This document shows positions 33,741-43,275 of a stretch of 64,000 nucleotides of DNA, piece by piece (position 1 is the first letter of the stretch; every line of letters starts with the position of its first letter). The position numbers and the translations under genes are program-made. A model generated the notes under the pieces. That model was not told the origin of the DNA. It made no database searches and saw nothing but the letters and a program-made list of their open reading frames with translations. The stretch is taken from the IMG/VR virus record IMGVR_UViG_640753059_000001. The stretch is one strand, 5' to 3'. This stretch comes from a virus. Lineage: Duplodnaviria > Caudoviricetes.

Positions 33741-35534
33741 GTGGCAGAAACCATCGGCGACTACCTCGTTAAGCTTGGCCTTCAGGTCGATAAGGCGCAA
33801 GAGCAGCGCTTTAACGCCGCTCTCGGAAACCTCTCCAAGACCCTGACGACGATGGCGGCCGGCCTCGCCGCTGCTGCCACGGCGATCCAGGTGACAGTCG
33901 TCGCGGTTTCCAAGTCGTTCGATAACCTCTATTTCGCGGCCCAGCGGACGGGCTCCACGGTGCAGGGCATCAAGGCCCTGTCCTATGCCTTCGGGCAGAT
34001 CGGAAGCTCTGGAAACGAAGCCCAGTCGGCCCTTGAGGGGCTGGCGAAGGCCATGCGCACAAACCCCGGCATCGGGAAGTGGCTCAATGCACAGGGCATC
34101 GCGACTGAGGGCCGGAAGACCGAGGAAGTCCTCGGCGACATCTTCGAGCAGTTCAAGAAGAAGCCATACTATATCGGGGCGCAGTTTGCCCAGCTCGCGG
34201 GCATCAGCGAAGACACCTTCAACAAGGCATCGTCGCAGTGGGCCGAAGTCAAGAAGTTCGTCAAGGAATATGAGGAGACGCAGCGCAAGTTCGGGGTAGA
34301 CCCTGACAAGGCGGCAAAAAGCTCCAACGAGTTGATGACAGCGTTCCGTGGGCTCATGGGCCACGTTGACGCGCTGTTGACCAAGATCACCGTCGCTCTA
34401 CAGCCGCAGCTTACTCAGATCCTCAAGGATGTTGGGGCGTGGTTTGAGCAGCATCAGGAGCAGATCGTCAGGATCTTGAACCAGATCCTTGAGGCGGTGA
34501 AGGGGCTGATCTCCGACTTTATCGCGCTCGGGAAGGCGCTCGAGCCTGTCGTCGAGAAGTTCGTGGCGATGGCTGAGGCTCTGACCGGGAAGCACGGCCT
34601 CGAAGCCGCACTCCTCTTGGTCACAGGCGGCGCATTGGCTGCATTCGTCGCCAAATGGGCCATCTTCTTCGGGATGCTAGCGAAGTACGCCCCGCTCATC
34701 GCGGTCCTCACCGCCATGGGCTGGGATATGTTCTATGCGACGGACCAGGAGAAGCTGGATATCGGAGGCGGCGTCAATGATGCCATCAACGGCCCTGCCG
34801 GCGGCGCTGACAACTGGTGGACGCGGACGCAGAACCGTGTTCGTGGAATGCTGGGCATGGGGCCAGTGGACAATAAGGGCAAGCCGGTAGATCAGGGGGG
34901 GCAGTCCCAGTCTCCCGCCGGCGCTCCGAATGCTCCGGGCATGGCCCAGATCACGACCAAATCGGGCAAGACTGCATGGGTCGGCAAGGAATATCAGGCG
35001 CAGTTCCAAGGATTTATCAACGACCTTGAGGCTCAGGGGTACAACATCAACGATATCGGGGGCTATGCGAACCGCCGGAACGTGAATGACCCCAGTAAAA
35101 TGTCGGCCCATGCTTACGGTATGGCAATCGACGTGAACCCATCGGCGAATCCGAACGGGACGACGCAGTCCGACCTTCCCATCGGGACTGGTGAGCTTGC
35201 CAAGAAGTGGGGGCTCGGGTGGGGGATGAACTGGTCTAAGACCAAAGACCCCATGCATTTCTCGACTGACCCATATGAAGGTGGGAAGGCACTTACGCCG
35301 GATCAGTTGAAGCAGCTTCAGGACGAACAGGCATCCCGGCTGAAGGACAAGCAGAGCGAGTTGATGGGGGCACCTCTTGGGGGCTCCACCACCCGCTCAG
35401 CGTCCCTCTCCAACCGGACCAACATCACGATCTACGGCTCGACCGATCCCGCCGGCACCGCCGCCAACCTCGGCGGGGCGCAGAGCCGGATTGCCTCGGA
35501 CCTGATCCGCAACGCACAGAGCGCATTCGTCTGA
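33741..35534 (+). CDS. Tape-measure-like protein 1 with M15 peptidase domain
   Basis: ETIGDYLVKLG N-terminus, TM-like segment, SAHAYGMAIDV and DPMHF Zn motifs. Confidence 0.85.
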   Translation: MAETIGDYLVKLGLQVDKAQEQRFNAALGNLSKTLTTMAAGLAAAATAIQVTVVAVSKSFDNLYFAAQRTGSTVQGIKALSYAFGQIGSSGNEAQSALEGLAKAMRTNPGIGKWLNAQGIATEGRKTEEVLGDIFEQFKKKPYYIGAQFAQLAGISEDTFNKASSQWAEVKKFVKEYEETQRKFGVDPDKAAKSSNELMTAFRGLMGHVDALLTKITVALQPQLTQILKDVGAWFEQHQEQIVRILNQILEAVKGLISDFIALGKALEPVVEKFVAMAEALTGKHGLEAALLLVTGGALAAFVAKWAIFFGMLAKYAPLIAVLTAMGWDMFYATDQEKLDIGGGVNDAINGPAGGADNWWTRTQNRVRGMLGMGPVDNKGKPVDQGGQSQSPAGAPNAPGMAQITTKSGKTAWVGKEYQAQFQGFINDLEAQGYNINDIGGYANRRNVNDPSKMSAHAYGMAIDVNPSANPNGTTQSDLPIGTGELAKKWGLGWGMNWSKTKDPMHFSTDPYEGGKALTPDQLKQLQDEQASRLKDKQSELMGAPLGGSTTRSASLSNRTNITIYGSTDPAGTAANLGGAQSRIASDLIRNAQSAFV

Positions 35535-37462
35535 TGGCCACCATAGAGGAGTTCCTTGTCTCGCTCGGCTATGCCGTCCGCGAGAGCGAGGTCAACGCCT
35601 TTGAGGGGACGATCAAGAAGGCTGAATCGCTTGTCCTGAAACTCGGCGCGGCGCTTAATTCCTTTGAACGGAAGGCGGCGGCACTCTTCGTTGGGGCTAC
35701 GGACGAACTCGACCGGCTGAACTTCGCAGCCCAGCGCACCGGCTCATCCGTCGATGAGCTTCGTGCCCTCACCTACGCCATGCAGCAGTTGGGCATGAGC
35801 GGGCGTGGGGCTGAGGCGCTGGTGGGTGGGTTCGCCCAACGCCTGCGGCAGTTTCCCGCCATGGCGAGCCTCCTTCAGGGGCTCGGGGTTCAAGCCTCGG
35901 TCAATGGACGGGCCCGCGACCAGGCCGTCGTGATGCGGGATGCCGTAAAGGCGCTGAACAAGATCGAGTATTACCCCTTGGCAGCGCGCTATGCCGAGGT
36001 GCTTGGAATTCCGGAGGAGGATTACAACGTCCTCCGGCAGAACGGCGACAAGATCGACCGCCTCGCAGATGAACAGAAGGCCCTCTTTGATCGCTACGGC
36101 GTCAACGGCAATCAGGCGGGGGAAAGCTCCACCCTCCTGAGGATCGGCTGGCGCCAGACGCTCATGACGTTGGACGCCCTGTTCTCCAAGATCGCCTTGG
36201 AGGTCGGCCCGGCTATCACCCCAGTCATTGAGCGGCTGAAAGAGTGGATCGACAGGAACCAGGACCGCATTGTCGCCGTGTGCCTCGCGCTCGTGGCTGT
36301 TGCCGGCGACCTTGCCAATGGCTTGCAGGCATTCGCTGAGAAGCTTTTTGGATCGGGGGATGGCTTCCTCAACTTCCTTGAGTGGGCCACGGGATCAAAC
36401 GGCATCATCCGCGTGGCGGAGGTGTTCGCGGGAACGTGGGTTGCGACAACCGTCGCTGCCTTCCTCGGTCCTATCGGCATCATCATTGCCGGCCTACTTG
36501 GTATCGCGGCCCTGCTCATGCCGGGCAAGGCGAATGCATCTGAGGCGCGGCATCAGGGCGGCGGTGGAAATGCTGCCTCTGGCGGGGCGGCCGCTGGCGG
36601 TGCTCGTGGGGCCTCCCACGGCGGGTCTGGATCGCGGGCCCCCTCGGACAAGGGTAAGGGCGCAAGTGGGTCGTGGTGGGGTTCCTTGGGAAAGTCTCGG
36701 TCACGCGCAGCCGGAGGCGCTGGTGCGGCGGGGGCATCTGAGCCTTTCACCCCGACGACAAGCACGGATTCCGTCCCGGCTCTGGCCGATGTCCGAAAGC
36801 AGTTCGCGGAGGAGCTAAACGACCCTGCCGTCGCGGCGCGCCTCGCTGCCTATGCCGAGGCGGAAGTGGGGAGCCAAGGCGCGGAAGCCCAGCAAGCGTT
36901 TATCGAGAGCATTATGAACCGGGCTGCGGCGCGGGGGCAGAGTATCGCTCAGGTGCTATCTAGTAGCAGCAGCTATTTTCCAAGGAGCACGCATAATCGC
37001 GCCGCCCAGCTTATGAACAACCCCCGGATCGCCGCAAAGTACCAGGGGATCGTCGCGGCAGTTCTGGGGGGCTCTAACATCTCACTGTTTGCCACCGGAA
37101 ACGCCTCTGACGGCGTTGGTTTCGGGGGCGGGCCGCGCACGAAAAGCTATGGCGGGGAAGACTTCGGCATTGAAAAGCCCGACATGCCGTGGGTCAAGAG
37201 AATGCAGGCGATCACACGGAAGTCGGAGCCGCCGGGGCCAATGCCGGCGATTCCTCCTGATTTTCAGAATATCGACCCAAACACCATGTTCGAGGCGCCC
37301 CCCTTGGGAGCCACGGAAACCACATCCTCTCTCAACGCAGATCAGGTCTCAGAGATTGTGGTGCATGGCGACCCGGACCCGTCCCGGACGGCTGCGGAAG
37401 TCGGGGCCGCACAGAGCCGGATCAATGGCGACTTCGTCGAACAAGCTTCAAAGGCTGCGTGA
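35534..37462 (+). CDS. Tape-measure-like protein 2 with SleB/Hydrolase_2-like domain
   Basis: Paralogous N- and C-termini; YAEAEVG..AFIESIMNR. Confidence 0.75.
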   Translation: MATIEEFLVSLGYAVRESEVNAFEGTIKKAESLVLKLGAALNSFERKAAALFVGATDELDRLNFAAQRTGSSVDELRALTYAMQQLGMSGRGAEALVGGFAQRLRQFPAMASLLQGLGVQASVNGRARDQAVVMRDAVKALNKIEYYPLAARYAEVLGIPEEDYNVLRQNGDKIDRLADEQKALFDRYGVNGNQAGESSTLLRIGWRQTLMTLDALFSKIALEVGPAITPVIERLKEWIDRNQDRIVAVCLALVAVAGDLANGLQAFAEKLFGSGDGFLNFLEWATGSNGIIRVAEVFAGTWVATTVAAFLGPIGIIIAGLLGIAALLMPGKANASEARHQGGGGNAASGGAAAGGARGASHGGSGSRAPSDKGKGASGSWWGSLGKSRSRAAGGAGAAGASEPFTPTTSTDSVPALADVRKQFAEELNDPAVAARLAAYAEAEVGSQGAEAQQAFIESIMNRAAARGQSIAQVLSSSSSYFPRSTHNRAAQLMNNPRIAAKYQGIVAAVLGGSNISLFATGNASDGVGFGGGPRTKSYGGEDFGIEKPDMPWVKRMQAITRKSEPPGPMPAIPPDFQNIDPNTMFEAPPLGATETTSSLNADQVSEIVVHGDPDPSRTAAEVGAAQSRINGDFVEQASKAA

Positions 37463-38001
37463 TGGTCGATATTGTTGAGGCTGTGGTGGGAACCGTCAGC
37501 CAGATCCTCATCGGCTCCGGCCGGTCCATCGGTGGGATCAAGCCAGATATCGTGGTCGAAGAGACTTCGCGCGATAGCCTCTTCATCACCAACCACCCGG
37601 TGGAAAAGGGCGCGGCCATTTCGGACCACGCCTTCAAAATGCCGGTGGAATGCGAGATGCGCTGTGGGTGGTCTGATTCCGGCCACTTCCAAGGGTATAG
37701 CCGGGCGATTAACGCCGCCCTCATCGCCCTCCAGGCGCAGCGCCAGCCGTTCACGGTGGTGACGGGGAAGCGGACCTATCGGAACATGCTTCTTGCCGGG
37801 ATCGAGGTCTCTACCTCTGCCGGCTCGGAATATGCCCTGCTTGTCCGCTGCCTCCTGAGAGAGGTGATCATCGTCGGGACTTCTACCGTGTCGTCCGGCA
37901 GCGCAGGAACGCAGGCGGATGCCGCGCGGACGGGTGGGACTACGAGTGGGGGGCAGAGGCAGGCCATTCCGTCAAGTGCAGGCGGTATCGGTCACGCGTG
38001 A
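37459..38001 (+). CDS. Baseplate/tube initiator protein
   Basis: ITNHPVEKGAAISDHAF, PFTVVTGKRTYRNML. Confidence 0.85.
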   Translation: MMVDIVEAVVGTVSQILIGSGRSIGGIKPDIVVEETSRDSLFITNHPVEKGAAISDHAFKMPVECEMRCGWSDSGHFQGYSRAINAALIALQAQRQPFTVVTGKRTYRNMLLAGIEVSTSAGSEYALLVRCLLREVIIVGTSTVSSGSAGTQADAARTGGTTSGGQRQAIPSSAGGIGHA

Positions 38002-38022
38002 GAGTTTGGCGATAACGCCAAT

Positions 38023-38427
38023 TCACTCCCCTTCGAATGTGATGATAGCGGACAGAATGAATGGTCCCGGCAAGTATGGTGCCCGGCTCACGATCCCTGT
38101 AATTTCCATCGCTCGGCACCATCTTGATGCCGGCCATGATCGGCAGTTATTGATTATATATCGTAAGGTTTCCCTATCTGCCGATCTCGTGTCAATATTT
38201 ATGACTTCGCCGCCCTTCATGCATGGTATAAACTCTCCCTGCGATCCGATAATGTTGCATCCATCAGTTATGGTGATGCGATGACCGATCAGTTTGTCAG
38301 CATCAACGATTGCATCAGCAAAAGATATTCGCGATCTATCGGCGGGGATCTGCTCCTCGCCCATAGCTAACGATGGGAAAAGAGCGATAGCTACGCAGGA
38401 GGGTATCACGCGTAAAAGTGACCACAT
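38023..38427 (-). CDS. AT-rich secreted moron protein
   Basis: Signal peptide MWSLLRVIPSCVAIALFPSLAMG; AAGGA SD. Confidence 0.65.
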   Translation of the reverse strand: MWSLLRVIPSCVAIALFPSLAMGEEQIPADRSRISFADAIVDADKLIGHRITITDGCNIIGSQGEFIPCMKGGEVINIDTRSADRETLRYIINNCRSWPASRWCRAMEITGIVSRAPYLPGPFILSAIITFEGE

Positions 38428-38443
38428 CGGACTATCCTTCTTA

Positions 38444-38899
38444 TTAAAGTTGAGCCTCTGCGTAGCACCTACAATAGCCTTCCGGGCATAAAGAGTGTGT
38501 TCCTGGGGGGCCACAAGGGGGTGGCGCGCCCCAGGAAAATAGTTTCCCGTCATGCTTGGCGCAGATGGGGCAAACGTCGGTGTCGCCAGCGGATCTCCAA
38601 CGGTACTTTTTGCTCCCGACGTGCATCGCTTGCTGTCGAGTGCGGTCGAAGGAGACGGCGCCGCGCAAGCGCATTTCGTATGCGAATCGAGCCGCATCGG
38701 CCGCGCGCTCGTCTTCAGAAAGGCCGCGCCTCCTCGGGGGTCGTGGCCTCACATTGCCGAGGCGCAGTTCGTAGTCGGAAGGGTCTATATCTAGCCTTTG
38801 GGGCGCGGGCTTCTGGGTAACCCACCGCTTTATCCGAGAAGCCGCAGAAAATACTGCGGCCAGCAAAATGACCGCTATGCCGAGCACCGCCCACGTCAT
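38444..38899 (-). CDS. Membrane-anchored protein with MuF-like C-terminal domain
   Basis: TM MTWAVLGIAVILLAAVF; YRWRSAGDTDVC..DGKLFSW..PP..CRC. Confidence 0.7.
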   Translation of the reverse strand: MTWAVLGIAVILLAAVFSAASRIKRWVTQKPAPQRLDIDPSDYELRLGNVRPRPPRRRGLSEDERAADAARFAYEMRLRGAVSFDRTRQQAMHVGSKKYRWRSAGDTDVCPICAKHDGKLFSWGAPPPCGPPGTHSLCPEGYCRCYAEAQL

Positions 38900-38933
38900 C
38901 GCCAACCTACCAAAGAGTCGTTCCTGCTCCCGA

Positions 38934-39161
38934 CTAGGCGTCGGGGGAGTTATCTCGTTCAAGAGGCATAAGCCCCTGGGCTGTGAACCAATCTTTGAGG
39001 ATGTACCGGACGATATCCGCGCGCGATATCTCCTCGCCCCAGTCGGAGACTAGCTTATCTAGTGGGGCCAACAGGTCGTCATGCATTCGCACCGCGACTT
39101 GCACCCCCTTCCCTGTAGGGAGGGGCCCCCGGCTTCCTGGTCTGCGTTTTGTTTCTTGCAT
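38934..39161 (-). CDS. Ribbon-helix-helix (Arc/Mnt/CopG-like) repressor
   Basis: TGKGVQVAVRM..LD....ISRADIVR. Confidence 0.8.
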   Translation of the reverse strand: MQETKRRPGSRGPLPTGKGVQVAVRMHDDLLAPLDKLVSDWGEEISRADIVRYILKDWFTAQGLMPLERDNSPDA

Positions 39162-39255
39162 AGCGGCACAAACTGTGGGAGCATGGTTTCTGTCGAGCCG
39201 AGGGGAGGGATAGGAGCCTCCCCACCGGCTCTAACCCCAGGCAAGGACAGACCCC

Positions 39256-39441
39256 ATGCCCAAGGCTACCCATACCGTTATCACAGTTTCGCGCCGCTCC
39301 GAAGACGCAGCGACGCTTACCCTCATGCTTCTGAAGGCGGCCATTCTCGGCTCTGGGGATGAGCCGGCGCTGGTGAAGGCCGCACCGAAGCGCCCGGTTC
39401 TCACCGATGGTGCCGCCAAGAAGATGAAGGAGATCGCGTGA
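39256..39441 (+). CDS. Small hypothetical protein
   Basis: AAGGA SD; divergent from RHH gene. Confidence 0.5.
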   Translation: MPKATHTVITVSRRSEDAATLTLMLLKAAILGSGDEPALVKAAPKRPVLTDGAAKKMKEIA

Positions 39442-40091
39442 TGGGCGACCTGATCACGGTTTCCGATCTGGAAGTGCGCGATGGCGTGGCGCGGGTTGAG
39501 GATGCCCGCCTTGCTGAGGCTCTGGGCTTCGTCCAAAAGCAGATGATCCGGCCGCTTATCAAGAGGCATATTGAGGCGCTGCAACGGTTCGGAGAGGTTT
39601 ATTTCATACGAAATAAACCCGGTCCCAAGGGCGGGCGCCCCTCACAGGTGTTCTACCTCAACGAAGAGCAGGCCATTTTCATCACCGCCAAGTCGGACAC
39701 CCCGAGGGCGGCGGAAATCACGGTGGAGATGGTCCGGGTTTTCCGAGCCTACCTCAAGGGAGAAGAGAAGCCGGTGAGGGTGCGCCAGCATCGGCGGACG
39801 CTCCCCGGCGGACAACTGGCGCTTCCTGCTCCCGAGATGCCGCAGGAGCCCTTCGCGGCGCACCTTGATCTCTTGCAGGACCTGAAGGCGGCAGTCTCCT
39901 CCGCCCGCGTCCGGGTCATGCTTCAGGAGACGGAAGACTTCGGCCTCGCTCTGGAAGAGGTGCTGGTGGACCGGATCAAGATCCTGAACGGCAAGGTCGC
40001 GAGCGGGAAGACGCTATTAGACTGGGACCTTCGCAGGACTGGAGGTGTCAGGAACAGCTATCGCAGCTTAGTGGAAAAGGTGAGGGCCTGA
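39438..40091 (+). CDS. Antirepressor-like protein
   Basis: DARLAEALGF..IR.LIKR..GGRPS..FYLNEEQAIFITAKSDT. Confidence 0.7.
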   Translation: MMGDLITVSDLEVRDGVARVEDARLAEALGFVQKQMIRPLIKRHIEALQRFGEVYFIRNKPGPKGGRPSQVFYLNEEQAIFITAKSDTPRAAEITVEMVRVFRAYLKGEEKPVRVRQHRRTLPGGQLALPAPEMPQEPFAAHLDLLQDLKAAVSSARVRVMLQETEDFGLALEEVLVDRIKILNGKVASGKTLLDWDLRRTGGVRNSYRSLVEKVRA

Positions 40092-40128
40092 GCATTGGCG
40101 TCGCGCCGCTGGACTAGGCGCGTCTGGA

Positions 40129-41058
40129 GTGGCAGACCATAATAGCGTTCTCCCCCTGTTCTCAGGGGAGGCGACGGCGGGGTTCGGTTCTCTAGGCAGG
40201 ACCCCGCCGTCTAGTCCCACGCCGGATTTCACGATCCGGGCAGTTCCACCCGCAGCATTCGAGGTGCCGAAAGTGACGACCCATCATATCGCAGTCCCCG
40301 CCCTCATTTTCAACGGCGTTGAGATCCACGACCGCAACGAGATGCTCTGCCTCACCGACATGTGGCGAGCCGCTGGCGCGGTGGAGGCCAAGCGCCCCTC
40401 CAATTGGACCCGCAAAGAAGGGGCTGAGTTCATTGAGCATGTGTCGCTGATCCTGAATGTGCCCCACGGGCATATTCAGACCCAGCGCGGCGGAAGCGGA
40501 GCAGGGCGCGGTGCGACGTTCGCCCACTGGCAGATCGGCCTCGCCTACGCTAAGTACCTCAGCCCCGAGTTCCACATGTGGTGCAACACGGTGGTCCGCG
40601 AACGGATGGAGGGCAAGCCGGTGGCGCCCGCGTTCGTGCTTGACGAGACCCAGAAGAACGCCATCGGCGGTATCGTGAAGGGGGTGCTTGCCAAGCAACT
40701 CGAATCGGTCGTTCCCGCGCTGGTGTCTCATCTTCTCCCGACCGCCGTCGCCGGCTACATCGCCGACCACAATCTCGCGCTCGCCGATGGCCTGACCGCT
40801 GGTGAGGTCTGCGACCTCGCGAAGGTGGCGACCACTTACCCGCGTGGCGTGTCCGGCCGTGTGAGTGCCCGCCTCACCAAGTTCTGCCAGCGGAACGGGG
40901 AGCGCCCACGCATCTCCCGCCTTGGCCGGGTCCGTGCCCAGCTCTTCCCCACCCACCTTGTCCGCGACTGGCTGGATGTTGAGGGCCGCGCCCTCATCCG
41001 TCGCTGGATCGACGAGAAAAAGGGGCAGGGCGCCTTGAAGCTCGTGCCGAAGTCCTAG
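40129..41058 (+). CDS. KilA-N domain antirepressor-like protein (true start probably ~40270)
   Basis: LCLTDMWRAAG..RPSNW..TFAHWQIGLAYAKYLSPEFHMWCN. Confidence 0.88.
   Translation: MADHNSVLPLFSGEATAGFGSLGRTPPSSPTPDFTIRAVPPAAFEVPKVTTHHIAVPALIFNGVEIHDRNEMLCLTDMWRAAGAVEAKRPSNWTRKEGAEFIEHVSLILNVPHGHIQTQRGGSGAGRGATFAHWQIGLAYAKYLSPEFHMWCNTVVRERMEGKPVAPAFVLDETQKNAIGGIVKGVLAKQLESVVPALVSHLLPTAVAGYIADHNLALADGLTAGEVCDLAKVATTYPRGVSGRVSARLTKFCQRNGERPRISRLGRVRAQLFPTHLVRDWLDVEGRALIRRWIDEKKGQGALKLVPKS
40138..40161 (+). promoter_or_regulatory. -10 (CATAAT) plus LexA box GTTC-N7-GTTC
   Basis: GTTC-tccccct-GTTC at 40147-40161, upstream of KilA-N gene. Confidence 0.7.
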
Positions 41059-41073
41059 CCCATAGGCCAGCAT

Positions 41074-41232
41074 ATGACGCGAGTGGATACGATTGAGCGG
41101 CTTGTGGCCGAGTTCATTCTGGCCCTCCAGAAGGAGGGGTATGGACCGGTAGACATCGCCGCTGCGCTTTCTGCTGCGGCTGGCGCCGTCATGGACCAAG
41201 CCGACGAGGAAGAGACGGCGGAGGCCTCTTAG
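41074..41232 (+). CDS. Small hypothetical protein
   Basis: Hand translation MTRVDTIERLVAEF...AEAS. Confidence 0.45.
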   Translation: MTRVDTIERLVAEFILALQKEGYGPVDIAAALSAAAGAVMDQADEEETAEAS

Positions 41233-41262
41233 GCTCCCCCGATCGCACAACCAAACGACACC

Positions 41263-41292
41263 AAAGCCGCCCCTCACCGGGCGGCTTTTTTA
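41263..41292 (+). terminator. Rho-independent terminator
   Basis: AAAGCCGCCC-ctcacc-GGGCGGCTTT followed by more T. Confidence 0.88.
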
Positions 41293-41303
41293 TTGGGGGC
41301 ATC

Positions 41304-41633
41304 ATGGCCACCGTCTATGAAATTCCTGTCACGACTGGGGGTGGGAACCAGTCATTCGAGGTGGAGTTGGGCGGCACCGCTTACCTGCTTGCCCTCAACT
41401 GGCGCGCGGCTCGTGATGCAGGTTGGGTGCTTGATATAGCTACCAGCGATGGGGCGGCCTTAGTCAACGGCATCCCCCTCCTGCCTGGCATCGATCTGCT
41501 CGGCTCCTACAAGCATCTCGGCATCGGTGGTGGGGGCACGATCTACGTCACTACGGATGGCGACCCTCAGGCGCCGCCCATGTTCGCCAATCTCGGGCAG
41601 ACGGCTCACCTCTATTGGGTCCCGGTGGAATGA
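41304..41633 (+). CDS. Baseplate protein
   Basis: YEIP..Q.F.V.L..GWVLDI..GIPL..G.DLL. Confidence 0.8.
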   Translation: MATVYEIPVTTGGGNQSFEVELGGTAYLLALNWRAARDAGWVLDIATSDGAALVNGIPLLPGIDLLGSYKHLGIGGGGTIYVTTDGDPQAPPMFANLGQTAHLYWVPVE

Positions 41634-42610
41634 CGCAGCAGTGGCTTCGCAAGGTCCGTCTCGTGGTCGGAAACGGCTCAGATGGGATCGACTGTTCCGA
41701 CATGCGCATCCGTTTCATGGTGCGGACGCAGGATTCTCAGACACCGTGGCACGCAGACATCACGATAACCAACCTATCGAACGCCACAGCGAACAAGATC
41801 CGCAAAGAATATCACGAAGTTTATCTTGAGGCCGGATACCAGGGGAACTCAGCCGAGATTTTCCGGGGAGAAATCCTCCAGGTGCGAGGCCCCGGCCGGG
41901 AAAGCCCGACTGATACCTATTTGAATATCTTGGCATCGGCTTCTCAGCAGGCTCATTCCTACGCGGTGGTGAACAAGACCCTCGCGGCAGGGCATACCTT
42001 CAGGGATCAGGTAGACGCCTGCCTTGAGGCCCTTAAGCCCTATGGCGTGACGGCCGGCTATATTACCGATCTCGGCAGCACCAAGATGCCGCGCGGGCGA
42101 GCTATGTTCGGGATGGCGCGGAACCAATTGCGGTCTATTTGCATGTCGGTGGGCGCTGCATGCTTTATTGACGGGAAAAAGCTTAACATCGTCAAGTACG
42201 GCGAGAGCTTGCCGGGTAACACCACTGTCATCAACTCGGAAACCGGGATGATTGGCATGCCGATCCAGACGATTGAGGGTGTGGAGGCCAGGTGTCTTCT
42301 AAACCCGCGTCTGAAAGTTACATCACTTGTGAAGATCGATGAGGCTAGCATTCAAAAGGCTAAGCTGGCGGTGGACCAAGTGACAGGAACGGCGATAGCC
42401 TCAAATGGGGCATATGGGAATAGCTTGCAGCAGAATATGCTTGACTTCAATATTGATCCTGACGGCACATACAAAATATTGCAAGTAACCCATATCGGCG
42501 ACACCAGAGGTACGGAGTTCTACACAGACGTTCTGTGCCGTTCCTATGCCCATGGGACTTCTCCTGCTGCTGGCGCGCGCGGGCTCGGCGACCCCTCCGG
42601 GAGCAACTGA
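41630..42610 (+). CDS. Baseplate hub (gp27-like)
   Basis: ITITNLS, LEAGYQ, TGMIGMP, CLLNP, GDTRG. Confidence 0.85.
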   Translation: MTQQWLRKVRLVVGNGSDGIDCSDMRIRFMVRTQDSQTPWHADITITNLSNATANKIRKEYHEVYLEAGYQGNSAEIFRGEILQVRGPGRESPTDTYLNILASASQQAHSYAVVNKTLAAGHTFRDQVDACLEALKPYGVTAGYITDLGSTKMPRGRAMFGMARNQLRSICMSVGAACFIDGKKLNIVKYGESLPGNTTVINSETGMIGMPIQTIEGVEARCLLNPRLKVTSLVKIDEASIQKAKLAVDQVTGTAIASNGAYGNSLQQNMLDFNIDPDGTYKILQVTHIGDTRGTEFYTDVLCRSYAHGTSPAAGARGLGDPSGSN

Positions 42611-42612
42611 AC

Positions 42613-43275
42613 ATGGATACCAGATCACGGTACGAGGACCTTCGCGAGGCTATTGAGACAACAGTTGAAAACCGCCTTGTTGAGCTGCGTACAGCAGAAC
42701 ATGCGACGGTCGTCTCGTGGGACCCCGTAAAACAGACGATGGTCGCCCAGCCCACCAATAAGGCGCTCATTCGGAAGCCAGATGGGACCAAGGAATGGGT
42801 GCAGATGCCCCAGATTCCGGACGTGAAGATACATTATCCATCGGGCAACGGCATTACCGTCACGCACCCTCTCAAGGAGGGAGACGAGGTTCTTCTTATT
42901 ATGGCGTCCCGCTCTCCGGATGTCTGGCAGCAGAGCGGCGGCGACCAGCAGATCATCGATACCCGGCTTCATGACCTATCCAACGCCTTCTGCATCCCGG
43001 GGTTCAAGTCGGACGCCAAGGCTCTGGAAAATGTCTCGCCGGACTCCACCCAGATCCGTTCCGACGACGGGCAGACGGTAATCGACATTAAGGGTGGGTC
43101 GGTCGCTCTAAAGGCGCAGAATACTGAAGTTCAGGTTACGAACGACGCCGCGACCATGAAGAAGGGCGATATGAAGATCATCGTCTCCTCCTCCCGCGTC
43201 GATCTTGGGGGCACTGGAGGTCAGGCCGTCATGACTGAGGGCGGCCCGTCCACCAAAGTGTTCGCGGTGATCTGA
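42613..43275 (+). CDS. Baseplate spike (Gp138-like)
   Basis: PLKEGDEVL, RLHDLSNAF.IPG. Confidence 0.85.
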   Translation: MDTRSRYEDLREAIETTVENRLVELRTAEHATVVSWDPVKQTMVAQPTNKALIRKPDGTKEWVQMPQIPDVKIHYPSGNGITVTHPLKEGDEVLLIMASRSPDVWQQSGGDQQIIDTRLHDLSNAFCIPGFKSDAKALENVSPDSTQIRSDDGQTVIDIKGGSVALKAQNTEVQVTNDAATMKKGDMKIIVSSSRVDLGGTGGQAVMTEGGPSTKVFAVI

